Assembly: GCA_964430885.1 (NCBI GenBank)
Contig: CAYSHM010000003.1
Coordinates: 32,001 to 96,000, forward strand
Direction: 5' to 3'
DNA: 64,000 bases
DNA from: an uncultured archaeon
GTDB taxonomy: Archaea > Thermoplasmatota > Penumbrarchaeia > JASLWR01
A model generated the notes under the pieces. That model was not told the DNA's origin, made no database searches, and saw only the letters and a program-made list of their open reading frames with translations. Below, piece by piece: positions 37,985-46,957 of this stretch. Numbering within the stretch: the stretch's first letter is position 1; each line of letters opens with the position of its first letter. A program made the translations under genes and the position numbers.

Positions 37985-40900
37985 TTATGAATATCTTCCG
38001 CCGGACCATCCATCGTCAGAATCCTCATCGTCCCAGGAATCCCCATCCTCCCACTCGTCCGATTCTAAATCATCGTATTTGCCATATCTTTCATAGTCCT
38101 TGTCTTCAATATCTTCCATTTCTTTATATGACGGTTTGTAAAAATCATCCGAAGCCCCGCCACCATAAGTCCTCCTATCGGATTCCTGACGTTTCTTCTG
38201 CCTTCCTATAATATCCTCTTTTTCCGATATGCGGTCCTCAACCTCCACCAAACGATCCCTCAACTCGCCGAGCTTATTCCTATATGTATGCTTCAGCCTA
38301 TTATATCTCGCCTGGGATATATATTCATCATCGTAATCCCATTCAACCTGGTCAAGCTTCCCCTTGACCCTGTCAATATCCTGCAGTATCTCCTCTCTTT
38401 CCTCTTCAAGCATTACCAGTTCATCCGCAATCTTTCTCTTCAGTTTTGATCTCTTCACTTCCATGAAGAACCACAATATCAGGAGAATTGCAACACCTAT
38501 TACCAGAAATGCTATTGAAGAGATGTAAATCGACTCCAAATCTTTCTCTGATTCTGTCAGGTCATCATCCCCGTCATCGTTATCATCATCGGAGCCGTTA
38601 TTGTCTGGAACATTAACCTTGGAGATGTTTAGAATAATTGTCCTAGTATCCCTGGAACCATCCTTGTCCTTCACCGTCAATTGAACCTGGAATTTTCCGG
38701 ATTTCGAATAAGAATGGTTCAATTGCATGCCAACATCGCCGTTCCCATCTCCGAAATCCCATTCATATATCAATTGGGAATTGTACTCCCCTGGTTTCAG
38801 GTCGGGATCAAAGCTTCCTTCTGCCGAGAAATTGATTAAATCGCCGACCTTGAATTCGGACTGGGCAGGCTGGGTCAGAACCGCGATACAATTCCGGTTG
38901 ATATTGCCCACATCAAAGTTCCAGGTATGCGAAACCAAATCTTTTCCGTCTGACGCCCTAACCATGATGGTATGGTCTCCGCTGGAATTATAATCTGCTT
39001 TGTAAATGTAATTATTTGTTGTAATGTTCTGCTCCAGGCCATCCCGGAACCATGTGTATTCCAGCACGTCCCCGTCCTCATCCTCGCAGGTCAGCACAAA
39101 TTCCCAGCTCTCATTCTCATTCATACTGATCATCGATGCCGGGGAAACATCAACTATCACAGGTGGCTGATTTACGTTGACCACGCTTATGTTCCATTCA
39201 ATGCTGTTTTTGGTAAAATGACCCAAAGTAGCTTCATCGATGACGATGCACCTCACCTTGAATGGTGAATTTATACTGGACATTTCACCCGTATATTCTG
39301 TTGAAAAGGTATAATCCATCATACTAATGTTTCTCTGGACAAGTTCATAATTACCTCCATTTTCAAGATACCAGCTTGTGTTATATTCCGAGAACGGGGT
39401 TTGATTGAGCTCAATGAACAATAACTGGCTTTCACCTTCGTTGAGAGTAATGTTCTCTTCGTCAGGTCCGTATCTTATTATTTCAGGAACTGGTCTTGGC
39501 AGAATATCATATTCCACCACAACATTGTTGTTTGTTTCGAAAGTCTCATTGATCAATTCTTCGGGATCAAGTGTGAAGTTGAAATGATGCAGTCCCAAAG
39601 GTGGAACTGATTCGAACTGGAACTCGCAAATTGCTGTGGACATCGGGCAAAGGGTCACATTCTTGATTTGCGTTACTTGGATCTCTTCATGGACCGCAGA
39701 TACCCTGGCATTTTCCAAAAATGTCAATGAAGGGTTGTTGAGCTCAACGGTAATATTGAATGGAGAGTTCAATGCCGCCCCGGATCCTGGTGAAAAAGAG
39801 ACATTCTCATCAAATATCCTTATGTCAGGTCTTGCCACTGTCAGAGTTTTGATCTCATACAACTCGAAATCGTTAACCATCACTATAACGCCGTGGGACC
39901 CAATATCACATTCACATGGCGTCTCGTCACTTGTCCCTCCAATGAATATTCTCTGATCAAAGCTTCCATTACTGATAGGAATTTCTTCGGACATGTTGAG
40001 TTTCGGAATAATAACAGTGACGGCATCGGATTCAACTCCCATCATGCTTCCTGCTAGGTCCCAGGAACTCTCAGGTGGAATACCAAATGGCATATCCTGA
40101 GTGATATCGTCCCCCAAGGAAAAATCACCTACATCATATGATGTCAGTTCTATACTGCCTTCATCTATACCGATTACAAGATCGGGCAGTTCCAGATAAT
40201 TGCCAGAATTAACTTCGGTGAAGACCACATTCCTAGCATCACCAGAGTAATAACGGACCTGTTCCCCATTCTCAAAATCCAATGAGTAGGTATTAAAATA
40301 TTCTCCTGCGGTATCCTGGACCTCTGTGCCGACGCAGCTTACGGAATTTGATAATAATTGGTTGGTAGTGTTCGTGAAATTCTCACCTGCTATATCTCCT
40401 GACATGTCGGCTTCACGGGTATAGGTCTGATTCCATTCCTCCCCAACTATAAGCGGAAAATCATAATCCTCCAGAGACGCGTCAAAGGTTACATTCTGGG
40501 TCATGTTATAGGTCAATTCGAAATTATCAAAAAAGGAGGTGACGTTGATTATTCCGTTATGAGATTCGGTAATTTTATAGAGCGAAAGATCATCAACACA
40601 CCAGTACTCCATCCCTGAATTATCAGCCACTACTTGAGCGCTCATTAGAGCCCCAGTCATGAAAATATCATAGGTGCCTGTGAAGTTCACCCTGTAGCAA
40701 ATATTATTCCAAGTTCCCATATCAATTGTTTCGATTCCGACAACCGTGTAATCCATATTTCCTGTCAGCGTCCCAGTCAAACTAATGGGATTCCCTTCAT
40801 AATAATAGGTGCCAGTTATATCCATGTCAGTATAATAGCTCCAAGTATCATTAAACAGTAAAGTAGGTACGTCCAGGTAATCAGGCATGCAATCGGCCCT

Positions 40901-41068
40901 GGAATCCGATTCCGAATTTGATGTTGACTTCGGACCCTGGGAGATGGGATGTATTACTGCTGGAACCAATTTATCCAAGTTGATCATAATACTACTCAAT
41001 GAAAGGAAGGATAGGCCGAAAACCATCATCATTGAGAATATAACCGATAGGAGCTTACTCGTTTTCAT
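37985..41068 (-). CDS. Large surface protein: beta-rich N-domain, CARDB, Ig, PKD, TM, coiled coil, Trp-acidic tail
   Basis: PDIRI...LDPEELINETFETNN (CARDB); YEWDFGDG (PKD); TM followed by heptad-rich region. Confidence 0.85.
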   Translation of the reverse strand: MKTSKLLSVIFSMMMVFGLSFLSLSSIMINLDKLVPAVIHPISQGPKSTSNSESDSRADCMPDYLDVPTLLFNDTWSYYTDMDITGTYYYEGNPISLTGTLTGNMDYTVVGIETIDMGTWNNICYRVNFTGTYDIFMTGALMSAQVVADNSGMEYWCVDDLSLYKITESHNGIINVTSFFDNFELTYNMTQNVTFDASLEDYDFPLIVGEEWNQTYTREADMSGDIAGENFTNTTNQLLSNSVSCVGTEVQDTAGEYFNTYSLDFENGEQVRYYSGDARNVVFTEVNSGNYLELPDLVIGIDEGSIELTSYDVGDFSLGDDITQDMPFGIPPESSWDLAGSMMGVESDAVTVIIPKLNMSEEIPISNGSFDQRIFIGGTSDETPCECDIGSHGVIVMVNDFELYEIKTLTVARPDIRIFDENVSFSPGSGAALNSPFNITVELNNPSLTFLENARVSAVHEEIQVTQIKNVTLCPMSTAICEFQFESVPPLGLHHFNFTLDPEELINETFETNNNVVVEYDILPRPVPEIIRYGPDEENITLNEGESQLLFIELNQTPFSEYNTSWYLENGGNYELVQRNISMMDYTFSTEYTGEMSSINSPFKVRCIVIDEATLGHFTKNSIEWNISVVNVNQPPVIVDVSPASMISMNENESWEFVLTCEDEDGDVLEYTWFRDGLEQNITTNNYIYKADYNSSGDHTIMVRASDGKDLVSHTWNFDVGNINRNCIAVLTQPAQSEFKVGDLINFSAEGSFDPDLKPGEYNSQLIYEWDFGDGNGDVGMQLNHSYSKSGKFQVQLTVKDKDGSRDTRTIILNISKVNVPDNNGSDDDNDDGDDDLTESEKDLESIYISSIAFLVIGVAILLILWFFMEVKRSKLKRKIADELVMLEEEREEILQDIDRVKGKLDQVEWDYDDEYISQARYNRLKHTYRNKLGELRDRLVEVEDRISEKEDIIGRQKKRQESDRRTYGGGASDDFYKPSYKEMEDIEDKDYERYGKYDDLESDEWEDGDSWDDEDSDDGWSGGRYS

Positions 41069-41451
41069 TTATCTTCACCCTGACCTCAGCATTTAAAAAT
41101 GCCATGACAATCAATATTTTCAGATTAAATAAACAATGGAAATTGGTTCTATACAAATGGAGTTGACTCTATATATATCCTTCACATTTGTTTTCCGACG
41201 AAAAATCTAAGGTATAGATCTTTCTTCGAATCTACTATCATCTTTTACTGTATTTTGATAGATCTAGAATGAGATTGATGCAGTCCTTTTTGATGCTGTT
41301 TTTTACTTAGCTAACTAAATATTATGCATGAAAATATTAAATAAGGACCAAGCCTTACTATAGTAATATTGAAACATTTGGTCATCAACATTCAATGGTA
41401 AGGTCATATTATCAATGGAAAACTGATACTAATCAAATGGAGGATATGCGG

Positions 41452-43224
41452 ATGAATCAAATTAAAAAACGATATCAAATGGTCCCCTTATTCACCTTCA
41501 TTGCAATATTTATTCTCTATGCAGGATCATTGTCAAACCATACTGATCAGGACATTTCAATCGTTGATTATGAATCCTCCAAATTTATTTTAATTCAGGA
41601 ATTTGAGCGTCCCCCATCGAATGCAGAGAAGGGTACTACTAGGAACAACGGCGCCCCCCAGCTTTTCTGGACCTTGGAAGAGAACTATGAAACCAACGGT
41701 GTTCACCCCATTAATGGAATAAGTACCGACGACTACATTTTCAAAATAAGCTATACTGACACTGACAACGATGATCCCAGAGCAGGCGGGAACTTTATCT
41801 ATCTGGTTCTGAATGGTGTGAACCATAGCCTCACCTGTGTTGACGAGAATTTTGTTGACGGTTCCATATTTCAAACTACCATCAACGGCCTGAATCCCAT
41901 GGACCATGAATACTATTTCCTCTGTTTTGATGGGAATTATACGGTCCGTTTCCCCTCTGAGAACGCATCCCTGCCAGTGATAAATTCCAGACCTGAACTG
42001 ATAATCCCTTACCTCAATCCTTCAGGGGGAAATATTTATTCTGGTAGCGTTTTTCCCAACTTCGCCAATGCTACAGATCCAATTACTTTCCAAGTAATTT
42101 ATCTGGATATCGACAACCATCCCCCCTCATCCGGCCTAGGATCCAGAGGTGTAGTTCTGGATAATGTTTATCACAAGATGAACCCTCAGGAGGGACAGGG
42201 ATTTTATTATGATGGAATCTATTCCAATGGTGAAATGTTCGAGATCTCCTTTCAGGTCAATGTCGGAGACGACCATTCTCACTACTTTGAATTCACCGAC
42301 AGCATGGGTGCAACCAATTATTCCACGCCTATCCAAGGGCCGGTCATTGTTGAAGGATTTCCCGATCTGAGAATCGGCAGGGATTATGAAAGAAGACCTC
42401 TGATCACTGGACAACCCAATTCAGACAATCATACAGAATGGTGGAATATCACCATATCCGCAACCATTGAGAATCCTTCCGAGCATTCCGTCAATCAGCC
42501 CTTCCTGGTAAAATTTGACATATATTATGCAGATATCATTTCCGGGGAATTCTCTTTGGTGCAGGCCGAAGAAGTGACTATCGCCCACCTATATCATACC
42601 CAGCGGAATAAAATAAATATCTCCTTTTCAGCTCTTTCTGTGGGGATATACAAGACAACCGTGACCGCAGACAGCGGATTTGAGATCACCGAGATCGTGG
42701 ATAACAATGATACACACACCAATAATATTGCTAGCGTTCAATTTCAAGTTGGTCCCGACCTGGTCCTGGAAAATGAGAAAATCAATCCTCCCTCTGCTTT
42801 TTCCGGGGAAAGCGTAATAATGTCCGCTACCATATTTAACAACGGCAGGACCACTGCTTATTTTGACAATTCACACCCGCTCATAGTTGAATTCACAATA
42901 AACAATGAAACTTTTATGGATGTCATATCCGAACCTTTGGAACCAGGCGAGCACATAATATCTGATATGGACTATACCTATTTTTCTGAAGGGGAACTGA
43001 TACTCACTGTCAGAGTGGACCGGGACAACAATGTTGAAGAGGCAGGCGACCTCGGCAGCTTCAACAATAATAATGTTGGATTCAAAAAGATCACTTTTAT
43101 AGAAAAACGATATGATTTCAAAACGCCTTCATTTGCACCAAATCTTATCTGGATTTCTCTAACAATGACTCTAGCTACAATAATGAAAACGTTGTTCTCT
43201 AAAAAACAGAAGCAGGACCATTAA
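41452..43224 (+). CDS. Secreted CARDB/Ig-domain protein with PGF-CTERM-like (PSF) anchor
   Basis: Two PDL...NN CARDB units; C-term TPSFAPNL, hydrophobic stretch, KKQK; GGAGG RBS. Confidence 0.82.
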   Translation: MNQIKKRYQMVPLFTFIAIFILYAGSLSNHTDQDISIVDYESSKFILIQEFERPPSNAEKGTTRNNGAPQLFWTLEENYETNGVHPINGISTDDYIFKISYTDTDNDDPRAGGNFIYLVLNGVNHSLTCVDENFVDGSIFQTTINGLNPMDHEYYFLCFDGNYTVRFPSENASLPVINSRPELIIPYLNPSGGNIYSGSVFPNFANATDPITFQVIYLDIDNHPPSSGLGSRGVVLDNVYHKMNPQEGQGFYYDGIYSNGEMFEISFQVNVGDDHSHYFEFTDSMGATNYSTPIQGPVIVEGFPDLRIGRDYERRPLITGQPNSDNHTEWWNITISATIENPSEHSVNQPFLVKFDIYYADIISGEFSLVQAEEVTIAHLYHTQRNKINISFSALSVGIYKTTVTADSGFEITEIVDNNDTHTNNIASVQFQVGPDLVLENEKINPPSAFSGESVIMSATIFNNGRTTAYFDNSHPLIVEFTINNETFMDVISEPLEPGEHIISDMDYTYFSEGELILTVRVDRDNNVEEAGDLGSFNNNNVGFKKITFIEKRYDFKTPSFAPNLIWISLTMTLATIMKTLFSKKQKQDH

Positions 43225-43243
43225 TCTAAGAAGAAGTGATACA

Positions 43244-44374
43244 ATGGACGGCGATTATCTATTTAAATTAGAAATGCTTAGAAAAGGAATTAGATCCAAC
43301 ATCATTTGGATGATCATCATTGCTCTGATAGTCGGAGGCATATATTTAGCTTCTCTTTATGTTTGGTCCGATACTTACCATGACGATTTCAAGCGAAAGG
43401 CAATCCGTGAGTTCGATGTACCCCTTTATACTTGCCCCGTAGAGATCGACATGTCCATCATCAGTAGTGAAGAGGGGATTCCTTTCAATGCTACCGTATT
43501 TCTAATTGAAGAATCCAAAGCGAATTTTCACGATGAAGACGATTATTACGACCACTGTATCGATTACGAGGAGAATACAGATGAATTCGCCTTTGACGGT
43601 GAATTGAAAAAGGGAACCTATCATATTGTGATCCTCATAAATGAAGTGCCTGTTAATTCCAGCCAGGATCTGAGTTTCAAGGGCAATTACGACCCCATAA
43701 AGATATATCTTATTGAACCGCTGATCATATATGTTATCATAGGTGGATGTATAATCGAACTTCTTCTGATCATTTTCATTGTTAGAATGATAATCAGAAG
43801 GAAGCGGATAAGAGAGGAGATGGTCCAGTCAAAGAAGAATAAAAAAGACAAACCTAACCGTCTTTCCAGCGATAGCAGAGGCGGAGGATACCAAAGAATG
43901 GAAAGAGACCGCTATTATTCTGATGATGAGGAATATTATTCTGAATATGATGTAAGAAAGCCGCCCAGGGATAGGCGAACGGAAAGGGAAAGGTTCGATA
44001 TCAGAAGTAATCGTTACAGCAATGATTGGGAAGAGGATGTCAGCATTGAATACATTCCTTCCAGATCTAGGAGCGGTCCTAGATACAATGACGATTATGG
44101 CGATAGGGATTTTCGCAGGGACAGGAGTTCTAGAAGAAATGATTCCAGAAGACCCCCTAAGAGAAATAGACGACATTCTTATTCCGACGAAGATTATTAT
44201 GAAAAACCTCCCAGGCCCACTAGAGAAAGGAGAAGGCCTGAGAAAAGACAGGGGCGGAAAAGGGACAGGGGCGGAGGTCCGAATTGGGATGATGATGATG
44301 TATTATTCTTCGATGATGAAGACAAGGGCCGAAGGAGAAGGGGCGGTTCATCAAAGGATATTGCTTGGGAATGA
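43244..44374 (+). CDS. Two-TM membrane protein with Arg/Asp-rich disordered tail
   Basis: TM, external domain, TM, then about 190 aa R/D/E/Y-rich tail ending DIAWE. Confidence 0.8.
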   Translation: MDGDYLFKLEMLRKGIRSNIIWMIIIALIVGGIYLASLYVWSDTYHDDFKRKAIREFDVPLYTCPVEIDMSIISSEEGIPFNATVFLIEESKANFHDEDDYYDHCIDYEENTDEFAFDGELKKGTYHIVILINEVPVNSSQDLSFKGNYDPIKIYLIEPLIIYVIIGGCIIELLLIIFIVRMIIRRKRIREEMVQSKKNKKDKPNRLSSDSRGGGYQRMERDRYYSDDEEYYSEYDVRKPPRDRRTERERFDIRSNRYSNDWEEDVSIEYIPSRSRSGPRYNDDYGDRDFRRDRSSRRNDSRRPPKRNRRHSYSDEDYYEKPPRPTRERRRPEKRQGRKRDRGGGPNWDDDDVLFFDDEDKGRRRRGGSSKDIAWE

Positions 44375-44531
44375 GACATTCACCTTGGAATATCGTTCAT
44401 GGAACTGACCGGCATTATACTACTTCAGCATCAATAAATTGAAATCTGGTTGAATCTTATTTATTAAGCCACCGTCTCTACAAAAATATTTTATATAATC
44501 AATACTTTACCTCTGAAGGTATTTTAGTTAT

Positions 44532-44606
44532 AGCGGGGTGGGGTAGCCTGGATAACCCGGCGGGCTCATAACCCGCAGATCAGTAGTTCAAATCTACTCC
44601 CCGCTA
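44532..44606 (+). tRNA. Initiator tRNA-Met(CAT)
   Basis: A1:U72 pair; GCGGG-CTCATAA-CCCGC anticodon arm with three consecutive G-C pairs. Confidence 0.95.
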
Positions 44607-44636
44607 CTTTTTTCATCATACCAACAGGTGAAATAA

Positions 44637-44906
44637 ATGGAAGTATGGATAATTATCGTCATAGTTGCAGTGGTTATACTTGCTTTGGTAGGCATAATCT
44701 TCTGGTTGCTTAAGAAAGGTAAGAAGGATACTCCCCAGGAATATGAATGTCCGTCCTGTGGTGCCGTAATATTGGGTCTTCAGGACAAATGCCCTAAATG
44801 CGGGAAGAGCTTCGTACAGAAAAAACACGTATGCCCACACTGTAAGAAGCAGGTCAGGTCAGATGCCAGCATCTGCGATAGTTGCGGAACTGAATTCGAA
44901 TTCTGA
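44637..44906 (+). CDS. Membrane-anchored double zinc-ribbon protein
   Basis: TM plus CPSC/CPKC/CPHC/CDSC; AGGTGA RBS. Confidence 0.85.
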   Translation: MEVWIIIVIVAVVILALVGIIFWLLKKGKKDTPQEYECPSCGAVILGLQDKCPKCGKSFVQKKHVCPHCKKQVRSDASICDSCGTEFEF

Positions 44907-45045
44907 TGAAATGCGCAAAAATGTAAAACTGCAGGCATTACAAGAAAATCAATGTCGGCATATCTATTTTTCATAATTATAGTTTGATTAATCTAATTTC
45001 TGACTGAAAATTTACCTTAAACCTAGATTGCTTCATTTATTTGGT

Positions 45046-45819
45046 TTATACCCGCAGATAAGAAGCTCCGTTGATATCGATTATTCCTCCCGTCAGAAAT
45101 TCGGAACCTTCACAGGCCAAAAAAAGTGCGGTATGTGCAATCTCTTCCGGTCTGGCAACCCTGTTCAGTGGGCTCTGGGACCTGACTGAATCGCCCTCTG
45201 GACCCTGCAAACTCGAAGCAGCCATCTTTGTATCCACCCATCCCGGGGCAATGGCATAAACAAAAACATTTTGGGGTGCAACCTCCTTTGCCATGGATTG
45301 GGAAAAGGCATTCAATGCAGCCTTGCTTGCCGCATATGCCGGAGCTGAAGGTTCACCCCGAAAAGCACCTCTTGAAGTTATATTGATAACCTTACCTCCA
45401 CCCCTATCAGCCATCCTGTTGATAATCAAATACGATAGATACACCGGGCCCATAAGATTGACATTCATTATTGAATCCCAGGCTCGGTTCCATTCCTCTT
45501 TCCCGCAGGTAAATATCTTATGTTCATCATATATCCCAGCATTGTTGATCAAAACATCAATCGCCGTGACCTTTGAGAATATTTCATTCATCATTTGGTC
45601 TATTGAATCCCTGGAAGACAGGTCTGCCTTCACCGCAAAATGTCCATCGCCTACAAGGTTCCCCAGTTTGTCCTGGGCGCCTTCCTCATCATTATTATAA
45701 TGCATTATCACCCTTGCACCAGCCTGTGCAAAATATTCTGATACGGCAGCTCCGATACCGCCAGATGCTCCTGTTATCAGAACTGTCTTCCTCTTCATAT
45801 CTGAAGTAATTACATCCAT
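45046..45819 (-). CDS. SDR family oxidoreductase (FabG-like)
   Basis: TGASGGIG, NNAG, YAASK, APGWVDT. Confidence 0.92.
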   Translation of the reverse strand: MDVITSDMKRKTVLITGASGGIGAAVSEYFAQAGARVIMHYNNDEEGAQDKLGNLVGDGHFAVKADLSSRDSIDQMMNEIFSKVTAIDVLINNAGIYDEHKIFTCGKEEWNRAWDSIMNVNLMGPVYLSYLIINRMADRGGGKVINITSRGAFRGEPSAPAYAASKAALNAFSQSMAKEVAPQNVFVYAIAPGWVDTKMAASSLQGPEGDSVRSQSPLNRVARPEEIAHTALFLACEGSEFLTGGIIDINGASYLRV

Positions 45820-46003
45820 AATAATCACCTTAATTTCTGGAATTAAATCCTCAATTCAGATAAATAGTATTTAGGACCTTGTTCATTTCATAATCAAATG
45901 GTTAAATTACCGCTAGGCCATAGATAAATTTGTTCTGGATTTAATTTTTTAAAAGTTAAAAATATATATGGTGATAAGAGGTTTGTGAACTGTATTTCAA
46001 AGG

Positions 46004-46080
46004 GGGCCAATGGTCTAGTTGGTTATGATATCGCCTTCACACGGCGGAGACCGCCGGTTCGAATCCGGCTTGGCCCACCA
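46004..46080 (+). tRNA. tRNA-Val(CAC), CCA encoded
   Basis: GGGCCAA/TTGGCCC acceptor, discriminator A, TCGCC-TTCACAC-GGCGG anticodon arm. Confidence 0.94.
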
Positions 46081-46267
46081 TTTGTATTTTGGATGGATGT
46101 ACAATAATTTATATTACCAAATAGTTGAAAAGGGATCCCCCTCTAAATCGTGTAATTATCTGAATATGAACCTCTGTAAAACAAATATATATACCTGCAT
46201 ATGGAATCTAAATCTAATTGCTCTGTTATTGAGAAAGGCATAAAACCAAAAGTCGGAACGTGAATAT

Positions 46268-46690
46268 ATGGTGGATATGTTTCAGGGAAACGTTATCACT
46301 TCATACCTATTCTGGATACTAGTTGTCACCGGATTATTGTTATTGGCCTTAGTGGTGATCATCTATCTGAGTAAAATAAAAACAAGACGTGAGATTATCA
46401 AAAGCAAGGAACTTGAACTGGAGAGAAAAAAATTGGAGTTCATGGGGAAACGAATGCTCTTACAGGAACTGAAGGAGAGCTCTAAAGCCCCCTCGGATAC
46501 CGAAAGAGAACAGTTGGACGCAATTCAGATGGATAATACAATCTTGACCAAGAAGATCATGCATATGATGGAGGAAATGGACAAGAGGGGTAAGCGTCTG
46601 GAACTTGGAGCCGATACCGCCAAAATGGTCATGACCATGAGGGAGATCAAGGAAAAGGAAAGACAGCTTTTTGGCAGGGATATCGATTAG
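46268..46690 (+). CDS. Single-TM coiled-coil protein
   Basis: N-terminal TM followed by K/E/M-rich heptads. Confidence 0.75.
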   Translation: MVDMFQGNVITSYLFWILVVTGLLLLALVVIIYLSKIKTRREIIKSKELELERKKLEFMGKRMLLQELKESSKAPSDTEREQLDAIQMDNTILTKKIMHMMEEMDKRGKRLELGADTAKMVMTMREIKEKERQLFGRDID

Positions 46691-46957
46691 GATTTATTTA
46701 GTAATAATATTGGTCCAATTCTGAATCTCTTCTAATTATCTCTTAACCCACGCAAGTCTTAAAATTTTCATTGCCTTCACTTCCCCATAAATTCAACCAA
46801 AACACCCGTTTCTTTAATTTGTATGATGATCTGCCAAATTCTTATCAAATTCTACTCAAGATAAATAATGGAATTATAATTTTTTAAATATTTGAAAGGC
46901 CCTTTTCTTCCGCTGATGAAAAATTGAATCGAATTAGAACTTATAAAGGTGATAGGA

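Noticed and set aside
46004-46080. tRNA-Glu(TTC) reading
   Set aside because: Stem register gives loop TTCACAC with anticodon CAC, and the discriminator A fits Val.
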